DNA from: Vibrio vulnificus CMCP6
Lineage (GTDB): Bacteria > Pseudomonadota > Gammaproteobacteria > Enterobacterales > Vibrionaceae
Assembly: GCF_000039765.1 (NCBI RefSeq)
Contig: NC_004459.3
Span: 3,076,104-3,108,103, forward strand
Reading direction: 5' to 3'
Length of the DNA: 32,000 nucleotides
Shown here: one piece after another, positions 1-11,117 of the stretch
Numbering within the stretch: position 1 is the first letter of the stretch
Layout of the letters: each line of letters starts with the position of its first letter
Position numbers and translations under genes: made by a program
The notes under the pieces: generated by a model
Told to the model about the DNA's origin: nothing
What the model saw: the letters and a program-made list of their open reading frames with translations, nothing else
Database searches by the model: none

Positions 1-741
1 GTAGTTCGCCTGATGTGGAACTAACCAATCCAACTCAGATTTATGCATGCCGTTCGCTTCTAGAGTATCTTTCACCAGTTTCGATAACTGAGTCACCGCT
101 ACTTTGAATACTTCGTTACCCGCCATGTGTAACCATTTGTCGGCATCTTTGCCGCGCTCAGGTACTTCTAAGCTAAGAAGATCACCAAACTCACCATCCG
201 CGTAGATGTGAGTAGACAGAATACCCGGCTCTTCGCTTGCTCCAACAACCACAGCACCTGCACCATCACCGAATAAGATAATGGTCGAGCGGTCCGTTGG
301 ATCGCAAGTTTTCGATAAAGTGTCAGAACCAATAACCAGTACGTTTTTACACATACCCGTTTTAATATGTTGATCAGCAATAGAAAGTGCGTAGACAAAG
401 CCAGAGCACGCAGCAGCTCGAGCGAATGCAGGACAACCTTTGATGCCAAGCTTTGCCTGCACCTGACATGCAGATGAAGGAAAAGTATGGCTTCCACTTG
501 TCGTCGCGACGATGATCAGGTCAATATCATTTTTGTCGATACCTGCCATCTCAATCGCGTTTTGAGCCGCATAAAAACCCATATCAGCTACCGTTTCATT
601 TTCAGCAGCAATACGACGCTCTTTAATACCAGTTCGGGCAACAATCCACTCATCACTTGTCTCTACCATTTTCTCTAGATCGGCATTGGTGCGGATCTGA
701 GATGGCAGGTAGCTGCCAGTACCTAAAATTTTGCTATACAT
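1..741 (-). CDS. fabH: Beta-ketoacyl-ACP synthase III (3' end truncated by window edge)
   Basis: Reverse complement from ATG at 741 reads [45 protein letters not shown]... and ...LDLAAACSGF-type active site, ending WLVPHQAN at the window edge. Not in the ORF track because it is incomplete. Confidence 0.95.
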   Translation of the reverse strand, partial: MYSKILGTGSYLPSQIRTNADLEKMVETSDEWIVARTGIKERRIAAENETVADMGFYAAQNAIEMAGIDKNDIDLIIVATTSGSHTFPSSACQVQAKLGIKGCPAFARAAACSGFVYALSIADQHIKTGMCKNVLVIGSDTLSKTCDPTDRSTIILFGDGAGAVVVGASEEPGILSTHIYADGEFGDLLSLEVPERGKDADKWLHMAGNEVFKVAVTQLSKLVKDTLEANGMHKSELDWLVPHQANY

Positions 742-746
742 GAAGA

Positions 747-1772
747 CTAATAATGCCTCTCGAGTAAAACCGCTTCCAAACGATCGCTTATACGGCTTGG
801 TACTTGTCGTTTGACCTCGTGTACCGCCTCACCAATCGCATTAACTAAGGCAGATACATCAGCACTTCCATGACTTTTTATGACAATGCCGCGCAATCCT
901 AGCAAACTTGCGCCGTTATACTGGTCGGGGTTCAGTGTTTTTAGTTCATTAAATAGCTCAGAAAACAATATTCTGGCTATCCAACCCTTTATCGACGAAG
1001 CCATCATGCTGGTTTTTATTTTTTCGATAAACAGCTGCGCAGTTCCTTCGCTGGCTTTTAGGCAGACGTTGCCAACAAATCCATCGCATACAATCACGTC
1101 TGCTGCGTTTTTTAAGATTTGGTTTCCTTCAATGTAGCCGACAAAGTGAACCGCTTGCGTTTGCGATAGCAGTTCAGCGCAACGCTTCACCAAATCATTG
1201 CCTTTCGTTTCTTCTTCACCCACGTTCAACACCGCGACTCTTGGAGCACGGTTTAAGTGCTCTTCAGCAAGCGCAGAGCCCATGACAGCAAACTGAAATA
1301 AGGTATCCGCATCACACGAAACATTGGCACCAAGATCCAACATCCAACTGCGACCACCCGTTACGGTTGGTAAAGCGGAGATCAATGCAGGTCGGTCGAT
1401 TCCCGGCAGCAATTTGAGAATAAAACGAGAAAGCGCCATGAGTGCGCCGGTGTTGCCACCACTGACGCATGCATCTGCGGTTGAGTCCGCAACAAGCTCG
1501 ATTGCGTGTCGCATTGAACTGCCTTGGCTGTTGCGCAAAGCTAAAGAAGGCTTTTCGGAATTAGAAATCATTCGATCACAATGCTGAACGCTCAGACGAG
1601 CATCAGGTTTGTAACCTAATAAGGAAAGTTGGGACGTGATCTGTTGTTGATCACCTGTAAGAATCACTTTTAGCTCTGGGAAATGAGACAGTGCCTGCAC
1701 GGCGGCAGGCACTGTGACGCGTGGACCGAAATCCCCGCCCATTGCATCAAGTGCAACGGTAATACTTTGCAA
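747..1772 (-). CDS. plsX: Phosphate acyltransferase PlsX (TTG start proposed at 1772; track gives ATG at 1808)
   Basis: [26 protein letters not shown]-terminus, [37 protein letters not shown]; gene order rpmF-plsX-fabH. Confidence 0.93.
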   Translation of the reverse strand: MQSITVALDAMGGDFGPRVTVPAAVQALSHFPELKVILTGDQQQITSQLSLLGYKPDARLSVQHCDRMISNSEKPSLALRNSQGSSMRHAIELVADSTADACVSGGNTGALMALSRFILKLLPGIDRPALISALPTVTGGRSWMLDLGANVSCDADTLFQFAVMGSALAEEHLNRAPRVAVLNVGEEETKGNDLVKRCAELLSQTQAVHFVGYIEGNQILKNAADVIVCDGFVGNVCLKASEGTAQLFIEKIKTSMMASSIKGWIARILFSELFNELKTLNPDQYNGASLLGLRGIVIKSHGSADVSALVNAIGEAVHEVKRQVPSRISDRLEAVLLERHY

Positions 1773-1782
1773 AGGGTCAACC

Positions 1783-1953
1783 TTACTTGTTGATAACCTT
1801 TTTGCCACGGTAGTAACCTTCAGCGGTTACGTTGTGACGTAGGTGAGTTTCACCTGAAGTCGCGTCTACAGATAGTGCAGCTGTAGTTAGCGCATCGTGT
1901 GAACGACGCATGCCACGCTTAGAACGTGTCTTACGGTTTTGTTGTACGGCCAT
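1783..1953 (-). CDS. rpmF: 50S ribosomal protein L32
   Basis: Reverse complement reads [56 protein letters not shown]; shorter than the ORF-track cutoff. Confidence 0.95.
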   Translation of the reverse strand: MAVQQNRKTRSKRGMRRSHDALTTAALSVDATSGETHLRHNVTAEGYYRGKKVINK

Positions 1954-1988
1954 TGACCCTACTCCTATGTTATGGTTCAGCTTAAAGC

Positions 1989-2513
1989 TTAGCGCTTTAG
2001 GCTTTTTAAAACGTCGAACGGATTTGGTTTTGTTTCCTCAATTTCTTCAGGAATCTCACCAAAAACCATGTTATTTGAATCAACGCTGCAATCCGCTTCG
2101 TCATGCATTGCAATTTGAGGTAACTCTAAGATGAACTCATCTTCAACAAGTTGAATAAGGTCGACTTCGCCATATTCGTTAAGATCTACCAAATCGTAAC
2201 ATTCTGGGGCATCTTGCTCACTTTTCTCACTGTAGTAAGGAGTATAAGTGAACTCTACTTCACACAGATGCGTGAAGGTCTCATTACAACGTTGACATTC
2301 TAAACCGACTTCGATGTTAGCTTTACCAGAGATAACAACAAGTCGCTGTTCATCTATCTCAAATGACAAATAGACTTCTGCGTCGCGTTTTACGCCTTCG
2401 GTCATTTCAGCTAGACGCTTAAACAGACTGGCTTGGATGATGCCATCGTAATCCAATCTCTTCTGCGCGGCTTTGGCTGGATCCACCGTTCGCGGTATTT
2501 TTACCTTTTGCAT
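1989..2513 (-). CDS. yceD: YceD/DUF177 family protein (23S rRNA accumulation protein)
   Basis: [25 protein letters not shown]..., [18 protein letters not shown], immediately upstream of rpmF. Confidence 0.88.
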   Translation of the reverse strand: MQKVKIPRTVDPAKAAQKRLDYDGIIQASLFKRLAEMTEGVKRDAEVYLSFEIDEQRLVVISGKANIEVGLECQRCNETFTHLCEVEFTYTPYYSEKSEQDAPECYDLVDLNEYGEVDLIQLVEDEFILELPQIAMHDEADCSVDSNNMVFGEIPEEIEETKPNPFDVLKSLKR

Positions 2514-2662
2514 AGGGCGCGAATATTATCTTCCAAAAAGAATTTAGTCAAAGGAAAAGGCAAAAAAGTTGTACTTTTTTGCGCTTGTTATACAGAGCAT
2601 TAGCATGCTCCAACGGGAATCCGTTATGCTATGAAGAATGCTCCGTCAAATTGTAAGCCAAA

Positions 2663-3247
2663 ATGGAAAATTACCAACTAGTTTTAGCGTCTACCTCACC
2701 ATTTCGTCAGCAACTGCTGGAAAAACTGGCAATTCCTTTTTCAACTCTCTCTCCAAACTGCGATGAGACCCCACTGGAAGGTGAGTCCCCACAACAGTTG
2801 GTCTTGAGACTTGCCGAAAGCAAAGCGCAATCCTGTCAAATCAATCAACCAAGCTTGGTGATAGGCAGCGATCAAGTGTGTGTTATTAACGGTAACATTG
2901 TTGGTAAACCTCATAATCGACAAAATGCCATCGCACAACTGACCGCTCAAAGTGGCCAATCCATTGTGTTTTATACCGGCTTGGCGGTTTACAACAGCGA
3001 AACCGGAGAAACACGCTCTTGTATTGATGAGTTCAAAGTGCATTTTCGCCCACTGACTCAAGCACAAATTGTACGCTATGTGGATAAGGAGCAGCCATTC
3101 TACTGTGCCGGCAGTTTCAAAAGCGAAGGATTAGGAATTGCTTTGTTTGAGAAGTTGGAAGGCAAAGACCCCAATACCTTAGTTGGCCTACCCTTAATCG
3201 ACCTCATTGACTTACTGGCTCAACAAGGCATGCAGGTTTTGGGTTGA
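2663..3247 (+). CDS. yceF: Maf/YceF family nucleotide pyrophosphatase
   Basis: [44 protein letters not shown] motifs; location next to yceD and rluC. Confidence 0.9.
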   Translation: MENYQLVLASTSPFRQQLLEKLAIPFSTLSPNCDETPLEGESPQQLVLRLAESKAQSCQINQPSLVIGSDQVCVINGNIVGKPHNRQNAIAQLTAQSGQSIVFYTGLAVYNSETGETRSCIDEFKVHFRPLTQAQIVRYVDKEQPFYCAGSFKSEGLGIALFEKLEGKDPNTLVGLPLIDLIDLLAQQGMQVLG

Positions 3248-3284
3248 TACAAAAAAGGGATGATTCACTCATCCCTTTTTTCCT
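3248..3284. terminator. Bidirectional Rho-independent terminator between maf and rluC
   Basis: AAAAAAGGGATGATTCACTCATCCCTTTTTT: stem GGGATGA/TCATCCC flanked by A and T tracts, between convergent genes. Confidence 0.85.
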
Positions 3285-4231
3285 TATCGACTGGTTCGCA
3301 ATGATTGAACGACCTTTTCCAACTGCTCACCCATCGGCGCGTTGATTTCCATTGGTTGTTCTGTCGCCGGATGTGTAAAACGAATATTGGCGGCGTGAAG
3401 GAACAAACGGTTCAGTCCATGCTGAGCGGTATAAGCATCGAAACGTCGATCACCGTATCGGTCATCCCAGGCAATTGGATGACCACTGTATTGTGTGTGC
3501 ACTCGGATTTGGTGTGTGCGCCCCGTAATTGGGCTGGCTTGCACTAGGGTTGCCTGTGGAAACTTTTCAATCACTTTGAAACGCGTTTCTGATGGCTTAC
3601 CGTTTGGATTGACGCGCACAATGCTGTTCACTTCGTTTTTCAGTAATGGGGCGTTAACCACTTTACAGCTGTTTTTCCACTCTCCCATCACCAGTGCAAA
3701 ATAGTATTTCTGTACTGTTTTCTCGCGAAACTGCGCTTGCAAATGACGCAGAGCTGACCGTTTTTTCGCCACCAAAAGAATACCAGAGGTATCACGGTCG
3801 ATGCGATGCACTAGTTCAAGAAAGCGCGCTTCTGGTCGCAGTGCACGTAGCGCTTCGATAGCACCAAACTTGAGACCACTTCCACCGTGGACGGCGGTAC
3901 CTGACGGCTTATTTAACACCAACAGATGATCGTCTTCATAAATGATCAAATCTTGCAATTCAGCGACTTTGTTTAGTTTCGTACTCGGTGCCGTTTCAGG
4001 ATCTTTTTTCTCAAGTGTTACCGGTGGAATGCGAACAACATCACCAGCAGCCAATTTATACTCGGCCTTAACTCGCTTTTTGTTTACGCGCACTTCTCCC
4101 TTACGCACGATTCGATAAATCATGCTTTTCGGAACATCTTTCAGTTGGTTGCGTAGAAAATTATCAATACGCTGCCCTGCCATATCTTCATCAATATCGA
4201 CGATTTGGACTTTAGTTCTTATTTCATTCAT
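3284..4231 (-). CDS. rluC: 23S rRNA pseudouridine synthase C
   Basis: S4-like N-terminus (QRIDNFLRNQLKDVPKSMIYRIVRKGEVRVNKKR) and HRIDRDTSGILLVAKK catalytic motif, GRTHQIRVH. Confidence 0.93.
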   Translation of the reverse strand: MNEIRTKVQIVDIDEDMAGQRIDNFLRNQLKDVPKSMIYRIVRKGEVRVNKKRVKAEYKLAAGDVVRIPPVTLEKKDPETAPSTKLNKVAELQDLIIYEDDHLLVLNKPSGTAVHGGSGLKFGAIEALRALRPEARFLELVHRIDRDTSGILLVAKKRSALRHLQAQFREKTVQKYYFALVMGEWKNSCKVVNAPLLKNEVNSIVRVNPNGKPSETRFKVIEKFPQATLVQASPITGRTHQIRVHTQYSGHPIAWDDRYGDRRFDAYTAQHGLNRLFLHAANIRFTHPATEQPMEINAPMGEQLEKVVQSLRTSR

Positions 4232-4888
4232 GGCGCTATTCTAAAGGTGAATTTGCTGGGCCTGCTGACTTGTTGTGATACAAGCATCGAGCAAGTCATT
4301 ATTATGGCAAACTTGTGCTATCTGTTCGCAAAGCCGCACATTTTAGCGGTTTTCCTTGACTAGGAAAACCGTAGAATTTTTGCTGACCGTGTAACAGAGC
4401 AGTTCAAAGTTACTCACAGGTTACTAATAACCCAATCGTTGTTTATTAAACAATCAGTTAGCGAACGCAAAATTGAATGAACACGAAAAAATTTCATCGT
4501 TTGCCGCAATGCTCGTTGCTGATATTAGCGTCCACTGCTATAGTTCACAGCTGCGAAGGTAGGTCTGGTTGAATTTTATGCAAAACCGACCATTTATCCA
4601 CAAGCAAATGAGTAGTTTGTTGGTGTTTGAATGCAGCAATTGGCGTAAGACATATCAAAACCGACATAACTGTCACGCTACTCATCGCACACTCATGTTG
4701 AGTAATTACCGATATTAATGCGGCTCACAGGCAATTTTTTGTTTGTGATGACTGACGTGCCCTTAGAGCATCCCCTTCCAGCCGGGAGGCTGCAACGCGT
4801 AAACCACGGGATCAGGCACCATGAGATAGCGATATTCAGTGACAGGTAATTAAAGACAATAAAAGATAAAGACAACGAGAAATTATCA
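4232..4888 (+). promoter_or_regulatory. Long rluC-rne intergenic region; probable rne promoter and 5' leader
   Basis: About 657 nt non-coding gap upstream of rne. Contains a CAGCC-GGGA-GGCTG hairpin (about 4780-4793), ACTCA-TGT-TGAGT (about 4691-4703) and TTATCCACA (4594-4602). Confidence 0.6.
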
Positions 4889-7800
4889 ATGAAAAGAATG
4901 TTGATTAACGCAACTCAAAAAGAAGAGTTGCGTGTCGCTTTGGTTGATGGCCAGCGACTTTACGATCTAGATATCGAAAGTCCTGGACATGAGTCAAAAA
5001 AAGCAAATATCTATAAAGGACGTATTACCCGTGTTGAACCTAGCTTGGAAGCTGCATTTGTAGATTACGGTGCTGAGCGTCACGGTTTCCTTCCTCTAAA
5101 AGAAATTGCCAAAGAATACTTCCCAGATGGTTACTCTTACCAAGGTCGCCCAAGCATCAAAGAGGTGCTGACTGAAGGTCAAGAAGTCATCGTTCAAATC
5201 GAAAAAGAAGAACGTGGTAGCAAAGGTGCAGCACTGACCACCTTTATTTCCCTCGCGGGTAGTTACTTAGTTCTTATGCCAAACAACCCACGTGCTGGCG
5301 GTATTTCCCGTCGTATCGAAGGGGATGAGCGCACCGAATTAAAATCTGCATTAAGCACACTGGAACTGCCGCAAGGTATGGGTCTTATCGTGCGTACGGC
5401 AGGTGTTGGTAAGAGCGCTGAAGAGCTAGAGTGGGATTTAAACGTTCTGCTTAAGCACTGGGCCGCCATCAAAGATGCTTCTGAATCCAACCCAGCACCT
5501 TTCTTGATTCATCAAGAAAGTAACGTCATCGTTCGTGCGATACGCGACTATCTACGCCGTGACATTGGTGAAATCCTTATTGATAGCAACACCATCTATG
5601 AACGTGCCAAAGAACACATTCAGTTGGTTCGCCCAGATTTTGTTAATCGCGTGAAGAAGTATGACGGTGAAGTGCCACTGTTTAGCCACTACCAAATTGA
5701 AAGCCAAATCGAATCGGCTTTCCAACGTGAAGTGCGTCTGCCTTCCGGTGGCTCTATCGTTATCGACCCAACAGAAGCACTGACGTCTATCGATATCAAC
5801 TCTGCTCGCGCGACAAAGGGCGGCGATATCGAAGAAACCGCACTGAACACCAACTTAGAAGCTGCAGACGAAATCGCTCGCCAGTTGCGTCTTCGTGACC
5901 TTGGTGGTCTTGTGGTGATCGACTTCATCGATATGACCCCAGTACGCCATCAACGTGAGGTAGAAAACCGTCTGCGTGAAGCCGTTCGTCTCGATCGCGC
6001 TCGCGTTCAAATTGGTCGTATTTCTCGCTTTGGTCTATTAGAGATGTCTCGTCAACGCTTGAGCCCTTCTCTTGCAGAAGCAAGTCATCATATCTGTCCT
6101 CGTTGTAGTGGTACAGGTGTGGTTCGCGATAACGAATCTCTTGCGCTTTCTGTTCTTCGTCTTATCGAAGAAGAAGCACTGAAAGACAACACTGCACAAG
6201 TATTGGCTGTTGTGCCAGTGCCTATCGCCTCTTACCTTCTTAATGAAAAACGTCGCTCTGTGAACCACATTGAACGTATTCAAGAAGTGAAGATCACCGT
6301 TGTTCCAAACTCGGATATGGAAACGCCGCATTTCGAAGTGATTCGTGTGCGTGAAGGTGAAGAAGTGGATCTGCTTTCTTACCTGCTACCGAAGAAACTC
6401 GAAGCAATGAAAGAAGCGGAAGGCAAAGAGAGCCCAGAGACTGAATACAAACCGAAGAAAATCGAAGAGCCGGTGCTTAAAGGTTTTGCTTCTCCAGCTC
6501 AATCTGTACCAGCACCTGCGCCAAAAGCAGCAGTTGCTAAAGTGGCAAATGAAAAACCACAGGCAGAAGAGAAACCAGGTTTGTTTGGTCGCTTAATCAA
6601 AGCATTGGGTAGCTTCTTATTCGGTTCTGCTGAAGAAAAAGTAGAAGCAGAGAAGACCGAACGCAAAGATGAGCGTGAGAAAGGCAACCGTCGTCAAAAA
6701 CGTGACCGTAACGATCGTCGTCGTAATAACCGCGACAACAACCGTGAAAACAATCGTGACCGTGATGGCAAACGTCGTCAGCGCAATCGTGATGAAAACG
6801 TCGTTGAGACTCAGGATGAAGCAATCAAACCACGTTCTCAGCAAAAGCGTAAGCAAAGACCTGCTCAAAACAAAGCAGACAATGCAGTAGAGAGCAAAGC
6901 AAACGCGAAAGTGGCAGAGAAAGGCCTACAGCTTGCTGCTGAAGCACAAGGTGCGTCGAAGCAAGAAGGTCAGAAAACGCCAAGCAAAGCGGAGAAAGTG
7001 AAAGAGCGCCGTCAGCGCCGTAAACTCAACAAACCTGTTCGCGTGAAAGATCAGCTAGAACAAGCTGAAGAAACGCTTATGGATGCAGCTCCGGTCGTTG
7101 AAGCAGAAACCTTTAACAAGCAAAACACACCTGCATCTGAGAAAGCAGAGAAAGTGGTTGCTGACACTGTCGATGCAATGGACAACAGCGAAAACGAAGA
7201 AAAACCACGTCGTAATCGTCGTTCTCCTCGTCATCTACGTGCAAGTGGACAACGTCGTCGTCGCGGTCGTGATCGTCGCCCTAACCCATTCCGCCTACGT
7301 AAAGGTGGGGTTGCTTCTCCAGAAATGGCCATGGGTAAAGTGATGCCTCGTTACATTCCAAAACCAGTTGCTAAGAAAGAAGAGATGGTTAAGGAAGAGG
7401 TTGTAACAGCCGTTACTGCAGTACCTGCAATGCAAGGTGGCGTCGCATGTCCAGAAATGGCGATGGGTAAAGTGATCATCCGTCGCGATATCACCGCTGC
7501 TCAAACACCGACTGAAACGAAACCAAAACGTTCTAAATCTCGTAACAACAAGCCAGCGAAAGCAGCCGTTGTTGAAGTGGTTACTGAAGAACCAACGGTA
7601 GAGAACGCGGTTGTAGCAACGATTCAAGAAACTGATGTTCAGAAAATCGAGCCTCAAGTTGAAAGTGTTTCGCAACCAGTAGAACAGGTTTCTGTAGAAA
7701 CTACAGAAGTGGTGGCAGAAATCGTTGAAACTACTGAGGTTGTCGCTGAGGTGGAAAGCGCAACGGAAACAGTTGCAAACGAAACTGAAGCAACTGTGGC

Positions 7801-7999
7801 AGTAGTCGAAAGCTCTATCAAGGTAATTAAAGCGCAAGCTTCAGCACCGATGACTAAGGCACCTGGCCCTCAAGAGCTTATTGAGATCCAAGTTGTCGCG
7901 GCACCATTTAAAGCAGAGCGCTATGCACAGCGTGGTGCGGGTAGCCAAGTGGCGACAAGTCAAGCCTCAGCGGCAATGACAAAGCCAGAAATGGTGTAA
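4889..7999 (+). CDS. rne: Ribonuclease E
   Basis: [32 protein letters not shown]-terminus, S1 domain, Zn-link CPRCSGTG, Arg-rich disordered C-terminal half. Confidence 0.97.
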   Translation: MKRMLINATQKEELRVALVDGQRLYDLDIESPGHESKKANIYKGRITRVEPSLEAAFVDYGAERHGFLPLKEIAKEYFPDGYSYQGRPSIKEVLTEGQEVIVQIEKEERGSKGAALTTFISLAGSYLVLMPNNPRAGGISRRIEGDERTELKSALSTLELPQGMGLIVRTAGVGKSAEELEWDLNVLLKHWAAIKDASESNPAPFLIHQESNVIVRAIRDYLRRDIGEILIDSNTIYERAKEHIQLVRPDFVNRVKKYDGEVPLFSHYQIESQIESAFQREVRLPSGGSIVIDPTEALTSIDINSARATKGGDIEETALNTNLEAADEIARQLRLRDLGGLVVIDFIDMTPVRHQREVENRLREAVRLDRARVQIGRISRFGLLEMSRQRLSPSLAEASHHICPRCSGTGVVRDNESLALSVLRLIEEEALKDNTAQVLAVVPVPIASYLLNEKRRSVNHIERIQEVKITVVPNSDMETPHFEVIRVREGEEVDLLSYLLPKKLEAMKEAEGKESPETEYKPKKIEEPVLKGFASPAQSVPAPAPKAAVAKVANEKPQAEEKPGLFGRLIKALGSFLFGSAEEKVEAEKTERKDEREKGNRRQKRDRNDRRRNNRDNNRENNRDRDGKRRQRNRDENVVETQDEAIKPRSQQKRKQRPAQNKADNAVESKANAKVAEKGLQLAAEAQGASKQEGQKTPSKAEKVKERRQRRKLNKPVRVKDQLEQAEETLMDAAPVVEAETFNKQNTPASEKAEKVVADTVDAMDNSENEEKPRRNRRSPRHLRASGQRRRRGRDRRPNPFRLRKGGVASPEMAMGKVMPRYIPKPVAKKEEMVKEEVVTAVTAVPAMQGGVACPEMAMGKVIIRRDITAAQTPTETKPKRSKSRNNKPAKAAVVEVVTEEPTVENAVVATIQETDVQKIEPQVESVSQPVEQVSVETTEVVAEIVETTEVVAEVESATETVANETEATVAVVESSIKVIKAQASAPMTKAPGPQELIEIQVVAAPFKAERYAQRGAGSQVATSQASAAMTKPEMV

Positions 8000-8017
8000 C
8001 GCTTTAAGCTAAATAAA

Positions 8018-8046
8018 CAAGGGCCATCTTCGGATGGCCCTTTTTA
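8018..8046 (+). terminator. Rho-independent terminator of rne
   Basis: AAGGGCCATCTTCGGATGGCCCTTTTTAT: GGGCCATC-TTCG-GATGGCCC stem plus T run. Confidence 0.9.
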
Positions 8047-8259
8047 TTGCTTGTAAATATCCATTCATCGTCCTAATCATTATTGAACTTAATCACACTT
8101 TTCTGTAGCATCTTGCGACTCAGCTTTTCGGCACGGGTGCAAACAAGCTCTTTTTTCCTCAATCAGCGAATCTCAATCGCGGATCAAGGATAGGTTTCAG
8201 TTTTAATGCTTTGCGAACTTGTGTCGGGTAAATTCATTTAACGATATTAGCCAAAACAC

Positions 8260-9819
8260 ATGTTCGAATTTCCTCAATTTTCAAAGCACTCAGTAAAAAA
8301 TGATGTGCTCTCCGGGCTCACCGTTGCGCTTGCACTGGTGCCAGAAGCCGTTGCTTTTGCCTTCGTTGCTGGCGTTGACCCTATGGTTGGCCTCTACGCA
8401 GCCTTTATTGTTGGTTTAGTCACTTCGATTTTCGGCGGACGCCCAGGTATGATTTCCGGCGCAACAGGCGCAATGGCGGTTGTCATGGTTTCGCTCGTTT
8501 CTTCACATGGTGTTCAGTATCTGTTTGCCGCTATTATGCTCGCAGGTATTTTGCAGATTGCTGCTGGTCTATTTAAACTCGGTAAGTTTATCCGTATCGT
8601 GCCCCACCCAGTTATGATCGGCTTCGTCAATGGTCTCGCGATCGTGATTTTCCTCGCGCAACTCGGTCAGTTTAAAATGGCAGATGCAGCAGGTGGACTC
8701 ACTTGGTTACCTCAAGATCAGATGTTGCTTATGTTAGGCCTTGTGGCGCTTACTATGGCCATCATCCACTTCTTACCGAAACTAACCACGGCCGTTCCTT
8801 CGTCTCTTGTTGCCATCGTGACGGTAACAGGCTTAGTGATTGGCTTTGATCTTGAGACTCGCACGGTGGTGGATTTCCTACGCACCATGTCAGGAGACGA
8901 AGGCGCCACTCTCGCGGGTAGCCTGCCGACCTTTGCTTTACCTATGGTTCCTTTTGATCTGGAAACCTTACAAATCATCTTCCCATACGCGGTGATTCTT
9001 GCGGCTATTGGTTTGATTGAATCACTATTAACACTCACCGTGCTGGACGAAATGACCAACACCCGTGGTCAGTCAAACCGCGAATGTATCGGTCAGGGTA
9101 TGGCAAACATGACCTGTTCTGTCTTCGGAGCAATGGGTGGATGTGCGATGATTGGTCAATCGATGATCAACGTCAATTCTGGTGGCCGAGGCCGTCTGTC
9201 AGGCATCGTTGCTGCTGTGGCGCTGCTGATGTTTATCTTGTTTGCTGCCGCACTGATTGAAATGATCCCTCTTGCTGCACTCGTTGGGGTAATGTTTATG
9301 GTGGTAATCGGTACCTTCGAATGGGCCACCTTCAAGCTGGCACGCCGCGTACCTAAGCAAGACTTCTTTGTGATCGTGCTCGTGACGGTCGTAACGGTGA
9401 TGACAGACCTAGCGGTGGCAGTTGCGGTTGGCGTGATCGCTTCAGCGCTGATGTTTGCTTGGAACCATGCTAAGCACATTTACACAGATACCCGTATTAA
9501 CGAGGAAGGTTCTAAAGAGTACAAGATCCACGGTCCTATTTTCTTTGGTTCAACGGCTAATTTCCTTGAACTATTCAACGCGCAGCAAGACCCAAGCGAT
9601 GTCATCGTTGACTTTGCCGATTCTCGTGTTACCGATCACTCGGCAATCGAAGCGATCGAAACATTGGCCGAACGATACTCTGCCGTTGGCAAAACGCTGC
9701 ACCTACGTCATTTGAGTCCAGATTGCCGTAAGTTGCTTGATAAGGCGGGAAGTTTGGTCGAGATTAACGTCAAAGAAGATCCAAGCTATAAAGTCGCGAC
9801 CGACGTACTCGCGGGATAA
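8260..9819 (+). CDS. SulP family inorganic anion transporter with C-terminal STAS domain
   Basis: [36 protein letters not shown] SulP signature, multiple TM segments, C-terminal STAS-like segment [22 protein letters not shown]. Confidence 0.9.
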   Translation: MFEFPQFSKHSVKNDVLSGLTVALALVPEAVAFAFVAGVDPMVGLYAAFIVGLVTSIFGGRPGMISGATGAMAVVMVSLVSSHGVQYLFAAIMLAGILQIAAGLFKLGKFIRIVPHPVMIGFVNGLAIVIFLAQLGQFKMADAAGGLTWLPQDQMLLMLGLVALTMAIIHFLPKLTTAVPSSLVAIVTVTGLVIGFDLETRTVVDFLRTMSGDEGATLAGSLPTFALPMVPFDLETLQIIFPYAVILAAIGLIESLLTLTVLDEMTNTRGQSNRECIGQGMANMTCSVFGAMGGCAMIGQSMINVNSGGRGRLSGIVAAVALLMFILFAAALIEMIPLAALVGVMFMVVIGTFEWATFKLARRVPKQDFFVIVLVTVVTVMTDLAVAVAVGVIASALMFAWNHAKHIYTDTRINEEGSKEYKIHGPIFFGSTANFLELFNAQQDPSDVIVDFADSRVTDHSAIEAIETLAERYSAVGKTLHLRHLSPDCRKLLDKAGSLVEINVKEDPSYKVATDVLAG

Positions 9820-9823
9820 TCAC

Positions 9824-9857
9824 TTTGGGGGATGAACTCATGTCATCCCCTTTTTTG
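9824..9857. terminator. Terminator between convergent SulP and phosphatase genes
   Basis: GGGGATGA-ACTCATG-TCATCCCC followed by TTTTTT. Confidence 0.8.
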
Positions 9858-9865
9858 TTGGGTCG

Positions 9866-10324
9866 TTAGTTCTTTGCAACGTTTTCAAGAATCGCTTCTG
9901 ACGCGGCTTCGATAAGATCCAGCACCAAATCAAACCCTTCCTCACCGCCGTAATAAGGATCAGGAATTTCATCCACATCCAACTCTGCATGGCTGAGAAA
10001 CAGTGATACTTTGTGACGATACTCCTTTGGGCAAATATCGAAAAGGTCAGCTAAGTTCGCTTTGTCTGCCGCTAGAATCATATCGAAATTAGCAAAATCT
10101 TCGGGGGTAACTTGACGCGAACGGATGCCACTAAAAGAGTAGCCACGTTGCTGCCCTGCCTGCATGGCCCGATGATCCGGTGTATTGCCTGCGTGGTAAC
10201 CTATCGTCCCAGCAGAATCCACTTCTACATCAATCCCCAGTTGCTGTGCTTTTGCTCTTAATACGGCCTCTCCTGTTGGGGAGCGACAAATGTTTCCCAT
10301 ACAGACAACCAAAATTTTCTTCAT
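9866..10324 (-). CDS. Low molecular weight protein-tyrosine phosphatase
   Basis: MKKILVVCMGNICRSPTGEAVLR P-loop (CX5RS) and DPYYGG motif. ATG at 10324 preferred over the track start at 10366. Confidence 0.92.
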   Translation of the reverse strand: MKKILVVCMGNICRSPTGEAVLRAKAQQLGIDVEVDSAGTIGYHAGNTPDHRAMQAGQQRGYSFSGIRSRQVTPEDFANFDMILAADKANLADLFDICPKEYRHKVSLFLSHAELDVDEIPDPYYGGEEGFDLVLDLIEAASEAILENVAKN

Positions 10325-10404
10325 TCTATCCCCTGTAATATCAGTGGTTTTTCTTCCATTCGACATGGTCTATCATAGCCGCAAAATCGAAAAGCTGAAA
10401 AGGG

Positions 10405-11046
10405 ATGTCTATGTCTGACGAAAGCGCATCAAGCGAAAACCTATCCACAGAGCAAGTAAAAGCTCAGCGACACAAAGAGCGCCAACAAAAAGTGAAAGAG
10501 CAAGTCGACGCTAAAATTGCTCAAGCTCAGGAAGAAAAGGGACTGCTTCTCGTCATTACGGGCAATGGAAAAGGCAAATCAACCTCCGGTTTTGGGACGA
10601 TCGCTCGCGCAGTTGGGCACGGGAAAAAATGCGCCGTCGCTCAGTACATTAAAGGGACTTGGGACAATGGCGAGCGTAATCTTTTAGAAAAACTGGGCGT
10701 TGAGTTTCAAGTGATGGCGACGGGGTTCACTTGGGAAACACAAAACAAGGAAACCGACACTCAAGCCGCTCAAACGGTATGGAAAGAGTGTCAGCGTATG
10801 CTGCAAGACGACTCGATCGATGTGGTGCTCTTTGATGAACTAACCTACATGGTGAGCTATGGCTATATCGAATTAGAAGAGGTGGTTGAAGCGCTCAATA
10901 ACAGACCAAGAATGCAATCGGTCATCATTACTGGACGCGGTGCCCATCGCACTTTGATTGAGATGGCCGATACCGTCTCCGAAGTAAAAAACGTGAAACA
11001 TGCGTTTGAATCCGGTATCAAGGCACTAAAAGGTGTCGACTGGTAA
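10405..11046 (+). CDS. cobO: Cob(I)yrinic acid a,c-diamide adenosyltransferase (CobO/BtuR family)
   Basis: GLLLVITGNGKGKSTSGFGTIARAVGHG P-loop, QYIKGTWDNGERN, LFDELTYMVSYGY, IITGRGAHRTLIEMAD. Confidence 0.93.
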   Translation: MSMSDESASSENLSTEQVKAQRHKERQQKVKEQVDAKIAQAQEEKGLLLVITGNGKGKSTSGFGTIARAVGHGKKCAVAQYIKGTWDNGERNLLEKLGVEFQVMATGFTWETQNKETDTQAAQTVWKECQRMLQDDSIDVVLFDELTYMVSYGYIELEEVVEALNNRPRMQSVIITGRGAHRTLIEMADTVSEVKNVKHAFESGIKALKGVDW

Positions 11047-11076
11047 TGGAAATGCTTTTCCAGCTCCAATCTATAA

Positions 11077-11106
11077 GCAGGGCGACATGATGTCGCCCTG
11101 CTCTTT
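11077..11106. terminator. Terminator between convergent cobO and asmA-like genes
   Basis: AGCAGGGCGACAT-GATGTCGCCCTGCT near-perfect inverted repeat. Confidence 0.8.
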
Positions 11107-11117
11107 CTATGACTTAG

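Noticed and set aside
168-678. Plus-strand ORFs of 109 and 63 aa at the window start
   Set aside because: They lie antisense to fabH, which reads continuously on the minus strand and matches FabH.
6499-6890. Several overlapping ORFs in the Arg-rich rne region on both strands
   Set aside because: Composition artefacts (Thr/Val/Ile-rich or Arg-rich translations) of a repetitive CGT/GAC-rich coding segment.
7295-7837. 180-aa antisense ORF within rne ([21 protein letters not shown]...)
   Set aside because: Phe/Cys/Leu-rich shadow of the Glu/Val/Arg-rich rne C-terminal region, no ribosome-binding context, no recognisable family; rne itself is certain.
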